64,000 bases of DNA from an uncultured Actinomycetes bacterium (GTDB lineage Bacteria > Actinomycetota > Coriobacteriia > Coriobacteriales > Atopobiaceae), in NCBI GenBank assembly GCA_900314685.1, contig OMWE01000005.1, positions 25,315-89,314 of the forward strand, read 5' to 3'. The translations under genes and the position numbers were made by a program. Of the stretch, positions 19,633 through 31,679 are shown one piece after another; positions within the stretch are counted from its first letter, which is position 1; each line of letters begins with the position of its first letter. Below the pieces are notes generated by a model, which worked only from the letters and a program-made list of their open reading frames with translations, had not been told where the DNA came from and did not search any database.

Positions 19633-20577
19633 CTAGGCCTTGAGCCCAAGACCCATATCCTCGAGCTTGTCCTTGACTTCCTCGATGGACTTGACGCCAA
19701 AGTTGCGGATGTTGAGCAGGTCGTTCTCGGAGAACTCGACGAGCTGACGGACGGTGTGGATGCCGGCGCGCTTGAGGCAGTTGTAGGAGCGCACAGAGAG
19801 CTGCAGCCCCTCGATTGCCTTGTCGAGGTCGGTGTTGTCCTCCTCCTCGACGCCCGTCGAGAAGATGGAGGCATCCTCCTGCGGCTCCTCCTCGTCGGCC
19901 AGCGTCATGAAGGCGCTCATGTGCTGGTTGACGATGTTGGCCGCCTCGACCACCGCGTCGCGCGGGGTAATCGAGCCGTCGGTCTCGACCTCGAGGACGA
20001 GACGATCGTAGTTGGTGCGCTGGCCGACGCGGCAGGGCTCGACGACCTTGGCGCAGCGGCGCACGGGCGAGTAGAGCGAGTCGACGTTGATGATGCCGAT
20101 GGGGTCACCCTCGCGCTCGTTGTCGTCGCCAGACACGTAACCGCGGCCGACGCCGATGCGCATCTGCATAGTCAGACGCTCACCCTCGGCGAGGTGGCAG
20201 ATGACCTGGTTCTTGTTGACGAGCTCAAACTCGGCAGGAACCTCGAAGTCGCCGCCGGTGACCGTCATCGGGCCCTCGACGTTGAGCGTGGCCGTAGCCT
20301 CGTCGCCGGTACCCATGGAACGGAAGACGAGCCCCTTGACGTTGAGGACGATATCGGTGACGTCCTCATAGACACCCGGTACGGTGGTGAACTCATGCTG
20401 CACGCCATCAATCTTGATGGCCTCCACTGCCGCACCCGAGAGGGACGACAGGAGCACGCGGCGCAGAGAGTTGCCCAGCGTGTCGCCGTAGCCCTGCTCG
20501 AGCGGCTCTGCGCTGATGCGGGCGACGGTATCGCTGATCTCTTCCACCGACACCTGCGGTCGGATGAATTCGGACAT
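19633..20577 (-). CDS. rpoA: RNA polymerase alpha subunit
   Basis: EPLEQGYGDTLGNSLRRVLLSS, LSVRSYNCLKRAGI, RNFGVKS. Confidence 0.98.
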   Translation of the reverse strand: MSEFIRPQVSVEEISDTVARISAEPLEQGYGDTLGNSLRRVLLSSLSGAAVEAIKIDGVQHEFTTVPGVYEDVTDIVLNVKGLVFRSMGTGDEATATLNVEGPMTVTGGDFEVPAEFELVNKNQVICHLAEGERLTMQMRIGVGRGYVSGDDNEREGDPIGIINVDSLYSPVRRCAKVVEPCRVGQRTNYDRLVLEVETDGSITPRDAVVEAANIVNQHMSAFMTLADEEEPQEDASIFSTGVEEEDNTDLDKAIEGLQLSVRSYNCLKRAGIHTVRQLVEFSENDLLNIRNFGVKSIEEVKDKLEDMGLGLKA

Positions 20578-20607
20578 GTAATCCTCCTGGCTCTGTGATT
20601 CCGTTTA

Positions 20608-21213
20608 TTAACGGGAGTACAGGTTGACGATGGCCTGCGGGTCGACGGTCTCGTCGGTGACGATGTCGATCTGGTCGCGGGTCGGGACCTGCAGGACAGA
20701 GCCCGACAGCTTCTCGATGTCAACCTCGAGCCAAGCGGGGACGGTCATGTGCTCGCTAGCGACGACGGCCTCCTTGATGGGAAGCAGGTCCTTGTACTTG
20801 GGGGCCACGGCGATGACGTCGCCGGTCTTGACCTGGTACGAAGGGATGTCGACGCGATGGCCGTTCACGGTGATGTGACCGTGGCGGACGGTCTGACGGG
20901 CCTCACGACGGGTGCGGGCAAAGCCCAGACGGAAGACGACGTTGTCGAGGCGGGTCTCGAGGAGAGCCATCAGGTTGTCGCCGGTAATGCCCTCGATCTT
21001 GAGCGCGCGCTTGTAGTAAGCCTCGAACTGCTTCTCGAGCACGCCGTAGATGAACTTGGCCTTCTGCTTCTCGCGGAGCTGCTGGCCGTACTCGGACGGC
21101 TGGCGACGATGCTGCTTGCCCTCGCGGTTGGACTTCTTGTTGTAGCCCATGACCGCCGGGTCGATGTCGAGAGCGCGGCACCTCTTGAGGACAGGAGTCC
21201 TATCAACTGCCAT
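20608..21213 (-). CDS. rpsD: 30S ribosomal protein S4
   Basis: QLREKQK, LETRLDNVVFRLGF, HITVNG; lies between rpsK and rpoA. Confidence 0.97.
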   Translation of the reverse strand: MAVDRTPVLKRCRALDIDPAVMGYNKKSNREGKQHRRQPSEYGQQLREKQKAKFIYGVLEKQFEAYYKRALKIEGITGDNLMALLETRLDNVVFRLGFARTRREARQTVRHGHITVNGHRVDIPSYQVKTGDVIAVAPKYKDLLPIKEAVVASEHMTVPAWLEVDIEKLSGSVLQVPTRDQIDIVTDETVDPQAIVNLYSR

Positions 21214-21231
21214 TGTTTCTGTCCTTCCTTA

Positions 21232-21633
21232 CTACACGCGACGACGCTTGCACGGACGGCAACCGTTGTGCGGAATGGGGGTCTTATCCTGGATGCCGGA
21301 AACCTCGAGGCCGGCGGCCTGGAGGCTGCGGATGGCCGTCTCGCGACCCGAGCCCGGGCCCTTGACAAAGACGGACACCTTGCGCAGACCGTGCTCCATG
21401 GCGGCCTTTGCTGCGGCCTCGGCGGCGATCTGAGCGGCGAACGGCGTGGACTTACGGGAGCCCTTGAAGCCGACGGTGCCGCCGGACTGCCAAGAGATCA
21501 CGTTGCCCTGGGCGTCGGTGATCGAGATGATCGTGTTGTTGAACGTAGACTTGATGTGGGCCTGACCCACGGCGATGTTCTTGCGGTCAGCACGGCGGAC
21601 ACGGGTGCTGCGGACGTTCTTCTTCTGAGCCAT
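21232..21633 (-). CDS. rpsK: 30S ribosomal protein S11
   Basis: [23 protein letters not shown]. Confidence 0.98.
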   Translation of the reverse strand: MAQKKNVRSTRVRRADRKNIAVGQAHIKSTFNNTIISITDAQGNVISWQSGGTVGFKGSRKSTPFAAQIAAEAAAKAAMEHGLRKVSVFVKGPGSGRETAIRSLQAAGLEVSGIQDKTPIPHNGCRPCKRRRV

Positions 21634-21636
21634 GTT

Positions 21637-22005
21637 TTACTTCTTCCTTCCGCCGACCTGACGACGCGGGCCCTTGCGGGTGCGCGCGTTGGTGTGGGTA
21701 CGCTGGCCGTGGACAGGCAGGCCCTTGCGGTGACGCAGGCCGCGGTAGCAGCCGATCTCCATCAGGCGGGCGATGTTCTGACGGCGCTCGCGACGGAGGT
21801 CGCCCTCGGTCGTGTAGTTCGCGTCGATGTAATCGCGGATCTTGGTGACCTCGTCTTCGGTGAGGTCCTTGACGCGCGTGTCCTTATTGATGCCGGTGGC
21901 CTCGCAAATCTTGGTTGCGCTGGTCTGACCGATGCCGTAGAGATACGTAAGGCCGACTTCAACGCGCTTGTCGCGCGGGAGGTCGACGCCGTTGATACGT
22001 GCCAA
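21637..22005 (-). CDS. rpsM: 30S ribosomal protein S13
   Basis: [26 protein letters not shown]. Confidence 0.98.
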   Translation of the reverse strand: MARINGVDLPRDKRVEVGLTYLYGIGQTSATKICEATGINKDTRVKDLTEDEVTKIRDYIDANYTTEGDLRRERRQNIARLMEIGCYRGLRHRKGLPVHGQRTHTNARTRKGPRRQVGGRKK

Positions 22006-22017
22006 CTTGTTCCCCCT

Positions 22018-22131
22018 TTAGCCCTGACGCTGCTTGTGACGCGGATTCTCGCAGATCACATACACCTTGCCGTGGCGACGAATGATCTTGCATTTGTCGC
22101 ACATCTTCTTGACAGAAGGACGTACCTTCAT
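22018..22131 (-). CDS. rpmJ: 50S ribosomal protein L36 (zinc-binding form)
   Basis: Hand translation [37 protein letters not shown]; too short for the ORF track. Confidence 0.97.
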   Translation of the reverse strand: MKVRPSVKKMCDKCKIIRRHGKVYVICENPRHKQRQG

Positions 22132-22303
22132 GATGCTTTCCTTTCGAAAGTACCTGCCGAACTATATACTCGCCCAGCCGCTGGCGTGAATTCCTGAGGC
22201 TGTTGTTGCTCGCGGCAAGCGCCGCTGTGCTGCCGATCACCGACCGTGCGACCGCAACTCGCCGCGTTTCGACCCCGCGCTCTCGCGCAGGCAGGCACAT
22301 CGC

Positions 22304-22522
22304 CTACTTGTAGCGGTAGGTGATGCGACCCTTGGTGAGGTCGTACGGGCTCATCTCCACGACGACCTTGTCACCGGGAAGGATGCGGATGTAGTTCATC
22401 CTGATCTTGCCCGAAATCGTGCAGAGGATCGTCTTGCCGTTCTCCAGCTCGACGTTGAACATGGCGTTGGGCAGGGGCTCGACGACGCGACCCTCCAGCT
22501 CGATTCCGCTCTGCTTGCTCAC
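22304..22522 (-). CDS. infA: Translation initiation factor IF-1
   Basis: 72 aa from GTG 22522: [16 protein letters not shown]...[18 protein letters not shown]...[13 protein letters not shown]. Confidence 0.97.
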   Translation of the reverse strand: MSKQSGIELEGRVVEPLPNAMFNVELENGKTILCTISGKIRMNYIRILPGDKVVVEMSPYDLTKGRITYRYK

Positions 22523-22670
22523 GCGACCCACCTTTCGGCTCTTGACCTTGGATATCGGTGTCCGTCGGCATCGAATACCCATAGTGACAGCAACGTTAAA
22601 TAATAGTGCCCCGCACACAGGTTGTCGAGGGTTCGCCGTCTCTCGTCCAAAAAACATGCAAATCTAAGGC

Positions 22671-22752
22671 GTGACAGGGGACGGGGGCTGTCAGGTGACA
22701 GGGGACGGGGCGACTATCACGCGTGCCGTGACAGGTGACGGGGCGGAGTCAC
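22671..22752. repeat. Three REP-like imperfect palindromic repeats GTGACAGG(G/T)GACGGGG
   Basis: Copies at 22671, 22695 and 22728, each followed by a TGTCAG/TATCAC/AGTCAC partner of the GTGACA arm. Confidence 0.7.
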
Positions 22753-22852
22753 GCGGACAAAGATGCGCCGGGCCCGTCGCGAAGACGAACCCGGCGCTCG
22801 CGTGCTCTTTGTGCGCGCCTCTAATAGTGCGAGTCTCTTCTTGTGCGCTGTA

Positions 22853-23638
22853 CTACTCCCCGCCCTGCATCGGGCACCAGGGACCGCGCTCGTCCGAGGT
22901 CAGTATCACGGGGCCGTCGGCCGTGATGGCCACCGTGTTCTCATAGTGGGCGGCTGCCTTGCCGTCGACCGTCTGCACGGTCCAGCCGTTGGGCCACGTG
23001 CGCGTCTCGTACGAACCGAGCGTGATCATCGGCTCGATGGCGATGACCATGCCTTTTTGCAGGCGGACGCCGCGACCGCGCTTGCCGTAGTTGGGGACGG
23101 CCGGGTCCTCGTGCATCACGCGGCCCACGCCGTGCCCGGTGTAACCGCGCACCACGCCGTAACCGTTGTTCTCGGCGAGCGTCTGGATGGCGTAGCCGAT
23201 GTCGCCCAGGGTGTTGCCCGGCACCGCCTCGCGTATGCCCGCCTCCAGGCAGTCGCGCGTGACCTCGCACAGGCCCTTGACCTCGTCGGATACGGTGCCC
23301 ACAAAGAAGGTCCACGCGTTGTCGCCGACCCAGCCGCCATACGTGGCACCCGTGTCGATCGAGATGATGTCGCCGTCGGCAAGCACCGCCTCGGAGGACG
23401 GGATGCCGTGCACGACCTGGGCGTTGATCGAGGAGCAGATGCTTGCGGGAAAACCGCTGTACCCCTTGAAGGTCGGCTTGCCTCCCCCGTCGCGGATCAG
23501 CTGCTCGACCGCCGCGTCGATCTGCGCTGTCGTCGCGCCGGGCACCGCCAGCGTGCCGGCCAGTCGCAGCGCCGCCTTGGAGAGCGCACCGGCCCCCTTC
23601 ATCTGCTGTATCTCTGAGGCTGACTTGATCTGAAGCAT
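22853..23638 (-). CDS. map: Methionine aminopeptidase type I
   Basis: VVHGIP, ISIDTG, GDNA, GHGVG, AIEPMI, AHYENTV metal ligands. Confidence 0.96.
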   Translation of the reverse strand: MLQIKSASEIQQMKGAGALSKAALRLAGTLAVPGATTAQIDAAVEQLIRDGGGKPTFKGYSGFPASICSSINAQVVHGIPSSEAVLADGDIISIDTGATYGGWVGDNAWTFFVGTVSDEVKGLCEVTRDCLEAGIREAVPGNTLGDIGYAIQTLAENNGYGVVRGYTGHGVGRVMHEDPAVPNYGKRGRGVRLQKGMVIAIEPMITLGSYETRTWPNGWTVQTVDGKAAAHYENTVAITADGPVILTSDERGPWCPMQGGE

Positions 23639-23648
23639 GGCTTTGTCT

Positions 23649-24275
23649 CTACAGGCCGAGGAGCTTCTTGACGTCGGCGTAGACCTCGTCGACCGGGCGG
23701 TCGCCGTCGACCTCCAGCAGCTTGCCCTGCTCCTTGTAGTAACCGATCAGCGGAGCGGTCTGGTTCTGGTAGGTGTCCAGACGCTTCTGGATAGTCTCGG
23801 GCTTGTCGTCGTCGCGCTGGTACATCTCGCCGCCGCAGCGCGGGCAGACCTCAACCTCGGGGCCCGCGGTGTAACCGCAGCTCTTGCAGGTACGGCGGGA
23901 GGACAGGCGATTGATGATGACGCCGAACTCCACGACCACGGCCAGGGCGGCGTCGAGCTTGATGCCCTCCGCGTCCAGCATCTGGTCGAGGACCTCGGCC
24001 TGCGCGGTGTTGCGCGGGAAGCCGTCGAGGATCCAACCCTTCTGCGCGTCGGGCTCGGCAAGGCGCTCCTTCACGAGGTCGACGACCAAGCTGTCGGGCA
24101 CGAGCTGTCCGGCATCCATGTAGCTCTTGGCCTGCTTGCCGAGCTCGGACTGGGCCTTGACCGCGTTGCGCAGCAGGTCACCGGTCGAGATGTGGGCGAC
24201 GCCGTACTCGGCGACGAGCTTCTGCGCCTGGGTGCCCTTGCCTGCGCCGGGGGCGCCGAGCAGTACGATGTTCAT
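23649..24275 (-). CDS. adk: Adenylate kinase (zinc-lid type)
   Basis: GAPGAGKGTQA, HISTGDLLR, LDGFPR, CKSC...CPRC lid; start at ATG 24275. Confidence 0.97.
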   Translation of the reverse strand: MNIVLLGAPGAGKGTQAQKLVAEYGVAHISTGDLLRNAVKAQSELGKQAKSYMDAGQLVPDSLVVDLVKERLAEPDAQKGWILDGFPRNTAQAEVLDQMLDAEGIKLDAALAVVVEFGVIINRLSSRRTCKSCGYTAGPEVEVCPRCGGEMYQRDDDKPETIQKRLDTYQNQTAPLIGYYKEQGKLLEVDGDRPVDEVYADVKKLLGL

Positions 24276-24883
24276 GGGGACTCCTTCCGTAGGATGTGCA
24301 CGAAGATGCATCTCTTGGCTGTTCCGGCCAAACTCTGAATCCATGATACACGTGCTGGGTGCCGCAAGCACCAATGCCTCCGCGAGCGATGCGCAAGCGA
24401 TGCGCGCGAGACATTCCCGTGAGTATTTAGCCGGCGAGGCCACAGATTCACGTGAGGGTATCCGGATCATTCCCTCCCACCCAGGGTTTTCCGCAATTCC
24501 GTGCAAAACACCACCTCAGAGGGTAATTTGCCGCAAACACGTGGTTTCGATTCACCCCCTCACCCACAGTTTTCCGCAAATCCGCGCAGAAACCTGCCCA
24601 GGAGGGGCGATTGCCGCTAGCGGCGTTCCGCAGTTTACCCCCTTGCGCGCGATTATCCGTAAATCCGTGCAGCTACCTACCCAGGAGGGGTAATCAAACT
24701 CAACCATGCGTCTTGGCAAAGACGAGCAAGGGGTGCATGCGGAAGCACGTGAGGCGCACAGTTGCACACGGACGCGCGGTAGCACACGAGGCGTGCGAAG
24801 TATCACGCGGGGCGCGCGGCAGCTCGCGGGATGCACGCGTAAAAGTACTGGTAGCCTTGTGTATACGGATGACGTGTAATACA

Positions 24884-24918
24884 TAAAAAGCCCACCCCGG
24901 CTTTTCCGGGGCGGGCTT
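24884..24918 (-). terminator. Intrinsic terminator after secY
   Basis: 13-bp stem with one G-U pair, followed by a T-tract on the minus strand. Confidence 0.75.
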
Positions 24919-24991
24919 GTGTTCTTTCTACGCGCAGAGCGCGCTAGTTAAGCTGCACGTACGGTGGTGCGGCGCGCGGCTCGTACGCCGG

Positions 24992-26268
<1,277 letters not shown>

Positions 26269-26275
<7 letters not shown>

Positions 26276-26718
26276 GCTGCCTCGACCTTTCCTCCAGCCG
26301 CCTCGATCTTTGCCTTGGCGGAAGCGGAGACCTTGTCCACCTTGACCGTGAGCTGCTTGGTGAGCTCGCCGTCGCCGAGGACCTTGACGGGGATGTAGTC
26401 GTGCTTGATGACGCCCTTGGCCATGAGGGACTCGGCGTCGACGGTCTCACCGTCGGCAAAGAGGGCCTCGAGGCGAGCGACGTTCACCGGAGCGTACTCG
26501 ACGCGATTGTGGTTCTTGAAACCGGGGAGCTTGGGCAGGCGCATGGCGAGCGGCTGCTGGCCGCCCTCGAAGCCTGCGCCCTTGCCGCCGCCGGCACGGG
26601 AGAGCTGGCCATTGAGGCCGCGGCCCGAGTAGGTGCCGTGACCGGAGCTGTTGCCGCGGCCGACGCGCTTGCGCGCCTTCTTGGAGCCCTCCGCGGGACG
26701 GAGATCGTTGAGCTGCAT
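26269..26718 (-). CDS. rplO: 50S ribosomal protein L15
   Basis: [24 protein letters not shown]. Confidence 0.97.
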
Positions 26719-26726
26719 GATGACTC

Positions 26727-26915
26727 CTAGTTCTCTTCAACGGTCACGAGGTGCTTGACCTTGAAGATCATGCCTCGGACGGACGGATTGTCGGGCAGGA
26801 CCGCGACGTCACCGATCTTGCGCAGGCCCATGGCCTTGCACGTAGCGGTCTGATCGTGCTTGACGGAAGCGACGGCGCTGCGGACGAGCGTCACCTTGAG
26901 TGTCTTGTCGGCCAT
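26727..26915 (-). CDS. rpmD: 50S ribosomal protein L30
   Basis: [23 protein letters not shown]; between rpsE and rplO. Confidence 0.95.
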   Translation of the reverse strand: MADKTLKVTLVRSAVASVKHDQTATCKAMGLRKIGDVAVLPDNPSVRGMIFKVKHLVTVEEN

Positions 26916-26918
26916 TGC

Positions 26919-27446
26919 TTACGCCTCCTTCCCGACGAACATCTCCTTGACGGAGAGACCGCGACGCTCCGCGGAATCCTCGACGGAGGAGAGCTCCTTC
27001 AGACCCTCGGCAGCGGCCTTGATGATGTTCAGGGCGTTGTCAGTGCCGAGAGACTTGGCGATGACGTTGGTGATGCCGGCTGCCTCAAAGAGGGGACGGA
27101 CCGGGCCGCCGGCGATGACGCCGGTACCGGGGATAGCCGGCTTGATCAGCACGCGGCCGGCGCCAAAGTGGCCCAGCACCTCGTGCGGAATGGTGCCCTC
27201 GTCGGTGACGGGGACCTTGAACATGTGCTTCTTGGCGTCCTCGACGCCCTTGCTGATCGCCAGAGGCACCTCGGTGGAGCGACCCTGACCGAGACCGACG
27301 TTGCCCTTGCCGTCGCCCACGACCACGAGAGCGACGAGCGTCATGCGACGGCCGCCCTTCACGGTCTTGGACACGCGGTGGATATAGACGACGCGCTCCT
27401 GAAGGTCGGAGTCCTGGCGCCTGCGATCGCGCTGTTCACGTGCCAT
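26919..27446 (-). CDS. rpsE: 30S ribosomal protein S5
   Basis: [19 protein letters not shown]. Confidence 0.97.
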   Translation of the reverse strand: MAREQRDRRRQDSDLQERVVYIHRVSKTVKGGRRMTLVALVVVGDGKGNVGLGQGRSTEVPLAISKGVEDAKKHMFKVPVTDEGTIPHEVLGHFGAGRVLIKPAIPGTGVIAGGPVRPLFEAAGITNVIAKSLGTDNALNIIKAAAEGLKELSSVEDSAERRGLSVKEMFVGKEA

Positions 27447-27456
27447 TAATTTCCTC

Positions 27457-27825
27457 CTAGAACTTCAGGCCCGCTTCGCGGGCACCATCTGCGAGAGCCT
27501 TGATGCGGCCGTGATAGATGTGGCCGCCACGGTCGAACTTGACCGCGGTGACGCCGGCGGCAAGCGCGCGCTCGCCGACCAGCTTGCCGACGAACTCGGC
27601 GGCCTCCTTGTTGGAGCCGACCTTGCCCGTGGCGCGGAACTCCGGCGACAGCGTCGAAGCAGAGCAGATGGTCTTGCCATCGGCATCGTCGATGACCTGA
27701 GCGTAGATGTTGGCATTCGTGCGATGCACGGTCAGACGAGGGGCCTCGGCGGTGCCGAAGATCTTGGAGCGGACGCGACGCTCGCGGCGCTTCTGATTCG
27801 CCCTCTTCTTCTGATACTTGTTCAT
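27457..27825 (-). CDS. rplR: 50S ribosomal protein L18
   Basis: [36 protein letters not shown]. Confidence 0.97.
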   Translation of the reverse strand: MNKYQKKRANQKRRERRVRSKIFGTAEAPRLTVHRTNANIYAQVIDDADGKTICSASTLSPEFRATGKVGSNKEAAEFVGKLVGERALAAGVTAVKFDRGGHIYHGRIKALADGAREAGLKF

Positions 27826-27889
27826 TCCTTCTCCTTTGCCGTGCCACCACCTGACGGGGTGATGGTCTTATCTACAAGGCAGGGTGGTT

Positions 27890-28459
27890 TTACTTGGCCG
27901 CCTTGCCGAGCTTCCTACGGATGTGCTCGCCCGCGTAGTGGATACCCTTGCCCTTGTACGGCTCGGGCGGACGCTTGGCGCGGATCTCGGCCGCGACCTG
28001 ACCGACCTGCTCCTTGGAGATGCCCTTGACGGTGATGTGCGTATTGTCGGGCACCTCGAAGCTGATGTTCTCCGGGGCCTTGTAGATCACGGGGTGGGAG
28101 TAGCCCAGGGAGAGATCGAGGTCCTTGCCCTTGAGCGCGGCACGGTAGCCGACGCCCGTGAGCTCGAGCTTCTTCTCAAAACCGGTGGACACGCCGATGA
28201 CCATGTTGTGGAGCAGCGTGCGGGAGAGGCCCTGCTGGGCGTTGGACTCCTGAGTGTCGTCGTTGCGGGTGACGGTGAGCTCCAGGGCGTTGGGGTCGCT
28301 GGAGAGCTTGGCCTCGGCGGCGACCTCCTCGATGCTGATCAGGCTGGAGAACTCGCGGTCGAGCTCGCCCTTGGGCCCCTTGACGTGGACGTGGTTGCCA
28401 TCGACTGTCACGGTGACTCCAGCGGGAATCAGGACAGGCTGCTTACCAATACGAGACAT
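27890..28459 (-). CDS. rplF: 50S ribosomal protein L6
   Basis: [28 protein letters not shown]. Confidence 0.97.
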   Translation of the reverse strand: MSRIGKQPVLIPAGVTVTVDGNHVHVKGPKGELDREFSSLISIEEVAAEAKLSSDPNALELTVTRNDDTQESNAQQGLSRTLLHNMVIGVSTGFEKKLELTGVGYRAALKGKDLDLSLGYSHPVIYKAPENISFEVPDNTHITVKGISKEQVGQVAAEIRAKRPPEPYKGKGIHYAGEHIRRKLGKAAK

Positions 28460-28484
28460 GGTTTCCTCCTATCGATTCTCGCGA

Positions 28485-28883
28485 CTACCAAATGTAGGCG
28501 ATGACCTCGCCGCCGAGACCCGCCTTGCGGGCGTCGCGGTCGCACATCATGCCCTTGGAAGTGGAAATGACGGCAGTGCCGAGGCCGCCGCGGACGCGGG
28601 GCAGGTCGGCTGCCTTGCTATAGATGCGCAGGCCCAGCTTGGACACGCGCTTGATGCCATGGATGACACGGGCGCGCCTGGCACCGTACTTCAGGGTGAC
28701 GTGCAGGGTCTTCTGAGGCTTGGTGTCCTCGACGGAGTAGCCCTCGACGTAGCCCTCTTCGGTGATGACGCGCGCGATCTCGACGAGCACCTTGCTCGAC
28801 GGCATGGACACCTCGTCCTTGCCGGCGTTGCTCGCGTTGCGGATACGCGTGAGCATATCTGCAATGGGATCGGTAATCTTCAT
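28485..28883 (-). CDS. rpsH: 30S ribosomal protein S8
   Basis: [31 protein letters not shown]. Confidence 0.97.
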   Translation of the reverse strand: MKITDPIADMLTRIRNASNAGKDEVSMPSSKVLVEIARVITEEGYVEGYSVEDTKPQKTLHVTLKYGARRARVIHGIKRVSKLGLRIYSKAADLPRVRGGLGTAVISTSKGMMCDRDARKAGLGGEVIAYIW

Positions 28884-28983
28884 TGATCCTTCTCCTTAGT
28901 TCGTGATGAATCTGCACGTGCGGTTCGTTCGCTCCCGTGGGGCGAACGCCTCCACGCCAGTGCCCCGACTCCGCAGGCCTTGT

Positions 28984-29169
28984 TTACCAGCTAGCCTTGC
29001 GAACGCCGGGCAGCTCGCCCTTGAGCGCCAGCTCGCGGAAGCACTCACGGCACAGGCCGAACTTGCGATACACGGAGTGGGGACGCCCACAACGCTGGCA
29101 ACGGTTCTGCGTGCGCGTAGAAAACTTCGGCGTGCGATTCGCCTTGACGATCATCGATGTCTTAGCCAC
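28984..29169 (-). CDS. rpsN: 30S ribosomal protein S14, zinc-binding (type Z), 61 aa
   Basis: From GTG 29169: AKTSMIVK...RCQRCGRP...[10 protein letters not shown]...GVRKASW. Confidence 0.96.
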   Translation of the reverse strand: MAKTSMIVKANRTPKFSTRTQNRCQRCGRPHSVYRKFGLCRECFRELALKGELPGVRKASW

Positions 29170-29236
29170 AAATCCTCCTCTACGAAAAAACTCTCTCGGT
29201 CGCCCGCCTCTCGGGCAATCCGAGTCGATGCCTTTT

Positions 29237-29827
29237 TTACTCGGCCTTGAACGGGAAGTGGAAGGCGGAGAGCAGCGCCTTGGCCTCCTCGTTGGTCGGC
29301 GCGGTGGTGACGATGGTGATGTCCATGCCACGGGTGTGGTCGATCTTGTCGAAGTCGATCTCCGGGAAGATCAGCTGCTCGGTGACGCCCATGGAGTAGT
29401 TGCCGTGGCCGTCGAAGGAGTTGGGGTTGAGGCCGCGGAAGTCGCGGATACGGGGGATCGCGACGGCGATCAGGCGGTCCAGGAACTCCCACATACGGTC
29501 GCCGCGCAGGGTGACCTTGGCACCGATGGCCTGGCCCTCACGCAGGTGGAAGGTAGCGATGGACTTGCGGGCGTGCGTGACGAGCGGCTGCTGGCCGGTG
29601 ATGGCGCGCAGGTCGGAGACAGCGCCGTCGATGGCCTTGGAGTCGGTAGCGGCCTCGCCGACGCCCATGTTGACCACGATCTTCTCGATCTTGGGGATCT
29701 GCATGACGTTCTTGTACTGGAACTGCTTCTGCAGCTCGTCGCGGACGACCTCGACGTACTGCTTCTTGAGGCGCGGGGTCTCGGGGGCCTTGGCCACGGC
29801 GACCGCCGCTGCTTCCTTCTTTGCCAT
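29237..29827 (-). CDS. rplE: 50S ribosomal protein L5
   Basis: [31 protein letters not shown]; ATG 29827 behind AAGGAG. Confidence 0.97.
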   Translation of the reverse strand: MAKKEAAAVAVAKAPETPRLKKQYVEVVRDELQKQFQYKNVMQIPKIEKIVVNMGVGEAATDSKAIDGAVSDLRAITGQQPLVTHARKSIATFHLREGQAIGAKVTLRGDRMWEFLDRLIAVAIPRIRDFRGLNPNSFDGHGNYSMGVTEQLIFPEIDFDKIDHTRGMDITIVTTAPTNEEAKALLSAFHFPFKAE

Positions 29828-30031
29828 TGTCGTGCTCCTTCTGTCGATCATGGAGGGTGTTATGCGCGGGGTCCGCCTCGCGCCTCCCAGGTCGGCAACC
29901 CGGGAGCCTATACGCGCTGCGTTCGAGGCAGAATACACCCCTGGCACAGTCACGCAAACAGTAAGGATACGTGTTTCGCCACAAAGATTCCAGTGTCAAA
30001 GGCGCTTTTTTCGGGCGGCACACAATCGGGA

Positions 30032-30061
30032 CACACGGGCACACGGGCACACGGGCACACG
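30032..30061. repeat. Short tandem repeat (CACACGGG) x3.75
   Basis: Direct reading of 30032-30061. Confidence 0.8.
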
Positions 30062-30140
30062 CAAAGACGAACGCGGCGGCGGCATGCCTCACGATTTGGC
30101 CCCAGATATCCGGCCGGTCGGGCAGCCTCGGGATACCCCG

Positions 30141-31157
30141 CTACAGCGCAGCGCGGACCGCGTCCAGCATCTGCGCCACACGGACCGTCGCCGCCAGCGG
30201 CATCACCGGGGACTCCGCAGCGCCCGTACGCGCAAGTTCCGCGAAGTGCGCGATCTCGCCGTAGAAGTCGTCGACCGCATACGGCGTGTCGATCGCGAGC
30301 GGCATCTGTCCGTCTTCGTGAAGCACCGCGTGCTGGCTGCGGTGGAGCTCGTCGAGGGTGAGGCGCCCGCTCGTGCCGATGATCGTCACTTGGCGCGGCT
30401 TGCGCTCGTCGGCCGCACACTGGAGCCAGCCCGTCTTGCCCCCGGCAAAGACGAGCTCGGCGTCCGCAAAGGAATTGACCTCCCCGATGGACCGCGCGGT
30501 GCAGCGCCGCACCGTGAAGTCGCCCGGGAGCAGCGCGTCCAGCCAGCTTGCACAGTAGGTGCCGCAGTCGTAGAGCACGCCGCCGCAGGCCGGGTCGCTC
30601 ATATAACTGTGTGGGTCGCGGATGGCGGCGCTCATCTCGTTGCACAGCGAGGTCTCCACAGTCATGACCTCCCCCACCGCGCCGCGGGCGATGAGGTCCA
30701 TGACCTCGGCATAGAGGGGCACGAAACGGGATTTCTGCGCCTCCATGAAGAGCGTGCCCGTCTCGCGTGCGACCGCCGCGATATCCGCGGCCTCCTCGGC
30801 GGTCATGGCAGCGGGTTTCTCGCAGAGCACGGCCTTGCCCGCACGCAGGGCACGGACCGCCCACTCGTGGTGCAGGTTGTGGGGCAGGCTGAGGTAGACC
30901 GCGTCGACCGCGGGGTCGGCGAGAAGGTCCTCGTGGGAGAGGTAGGCGTGCGAGGCAGGGACGCCGAACTCCTCAGCGAACGTCCGCACGTGCGCAGGCG
31001 TGCGGCCGGAGATCGCCACGAGCCGGCTGCCCGGCTCGTGCGCCAGACTCGCCGCGAAGCGGTGTGCGATCGTTCCCGCGCCGAGGATGCCCCAGCGGAC
31101 CGGGTCTGCCTGCGCGCCGCTTACCTGCGCGCCGTTTGTCTTCTGCATGTCAGCCAT
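30141..31157 (-). CDS. Gfo/Idh/MocA family oxidoreductase
   Basis: WGILGAGTIA Rossmann motif, VLCEKP, GGVLYDCGTY. Confidence 0.9.
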   Translation of the reverse strand: MADMQKTNGAQVSGAQADPVRWGILGAGTIAHRFAASLAHEPGSRLVAISGRTPAHVRTFAEEFGVPASHAYLSHEDLLADPAVDAVYLSLPHNLHHEWAVRALRAGKAVLCEKPAAMTAEEAADIAAVARETGTLFMEAQKSRFVPLYAEVMDLIARGAVGEVMTVETSLCNEMSAAIRDPHSYMSDPACGGVLYDCGTYCASWLDALLPGDFTVRRCTARSIGEVNSFADAELVFAGGKTGWLQCAADERKPRQVTIIGTSGRLTLDELHRSQHAVLHEDGQMPLAIDTPYAVDDFYGEIAHFAELARTGAAESPVMPLAATVRVAQMLDAVRAAL

Positions 31158-31199
31158 TGCGCCTGCCTCCGCATCGTTTGTCTAAGCGGTGCCCGCCCT

Positions 31200-31679
31200 C
31201 TAGAGGATGTGCTCCATGCCCACCTTGTAGGGCTTGAGGCCCATGGCCTCGTAAAAGCCCTGCGCCCGCGGGTTGCAGGACCAGACGTTGAGCGTGACAT
31301 TGTAAAAGCCGTGGTCGGCGGCCCAATCGCACACGTGGTGGTAGAGCGCGGAGCCCACGTGCTGGCCCCGTGCCGCCTCGTCCACGCAGAGGTCATCGAT
31401 GTAGAGGGTCTTGATGGGCTGCATGTTGTTGGAGTGCGTGAAGTCCTGCACGACGCAGAAGGCGTAACCGTAGATTTCGCCGGCCGGTGCGTCGTCGGCC
31501 ACGGCGACCCAGATGGGGCGGTCGTCGTCGGCGATGATCTCGGCAAGCTCGGCGTCGGTGTATTTGCGGGTGTTGGGGCGGAAGAGGTCGGGGCGGCCCT
31601 CGTAGTGCACCATCAGCACCTGGTCGAGGAGCTTGACGAGGCCCGGCGTGTCGGCAGTGGTTGCGCGGCGGATGTGCAT
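31200..31679 (-). CDS. GNAT family N-acetyltransferase
   Basis: YIDDLCVDEAARGQHVGSAL acetyl-CoA motif A, NPRAQGFYEAMG. Confidence 0.9.
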   Translation of the reverse strand: MHIRRATTADTPGLVKLLDQVLMVHYEGRPDLFRPNTRKYTDAELAEIIADDDRPIWVAVADDAPAGEIYGYAFCVVQDFTHSNNMQPIKTLYIDDLCVDEAARGQHVGSALYHHVCDWAADHGFYNVTLNVWSCNPRAQGFYEAMGLKPYKVGMEHIL

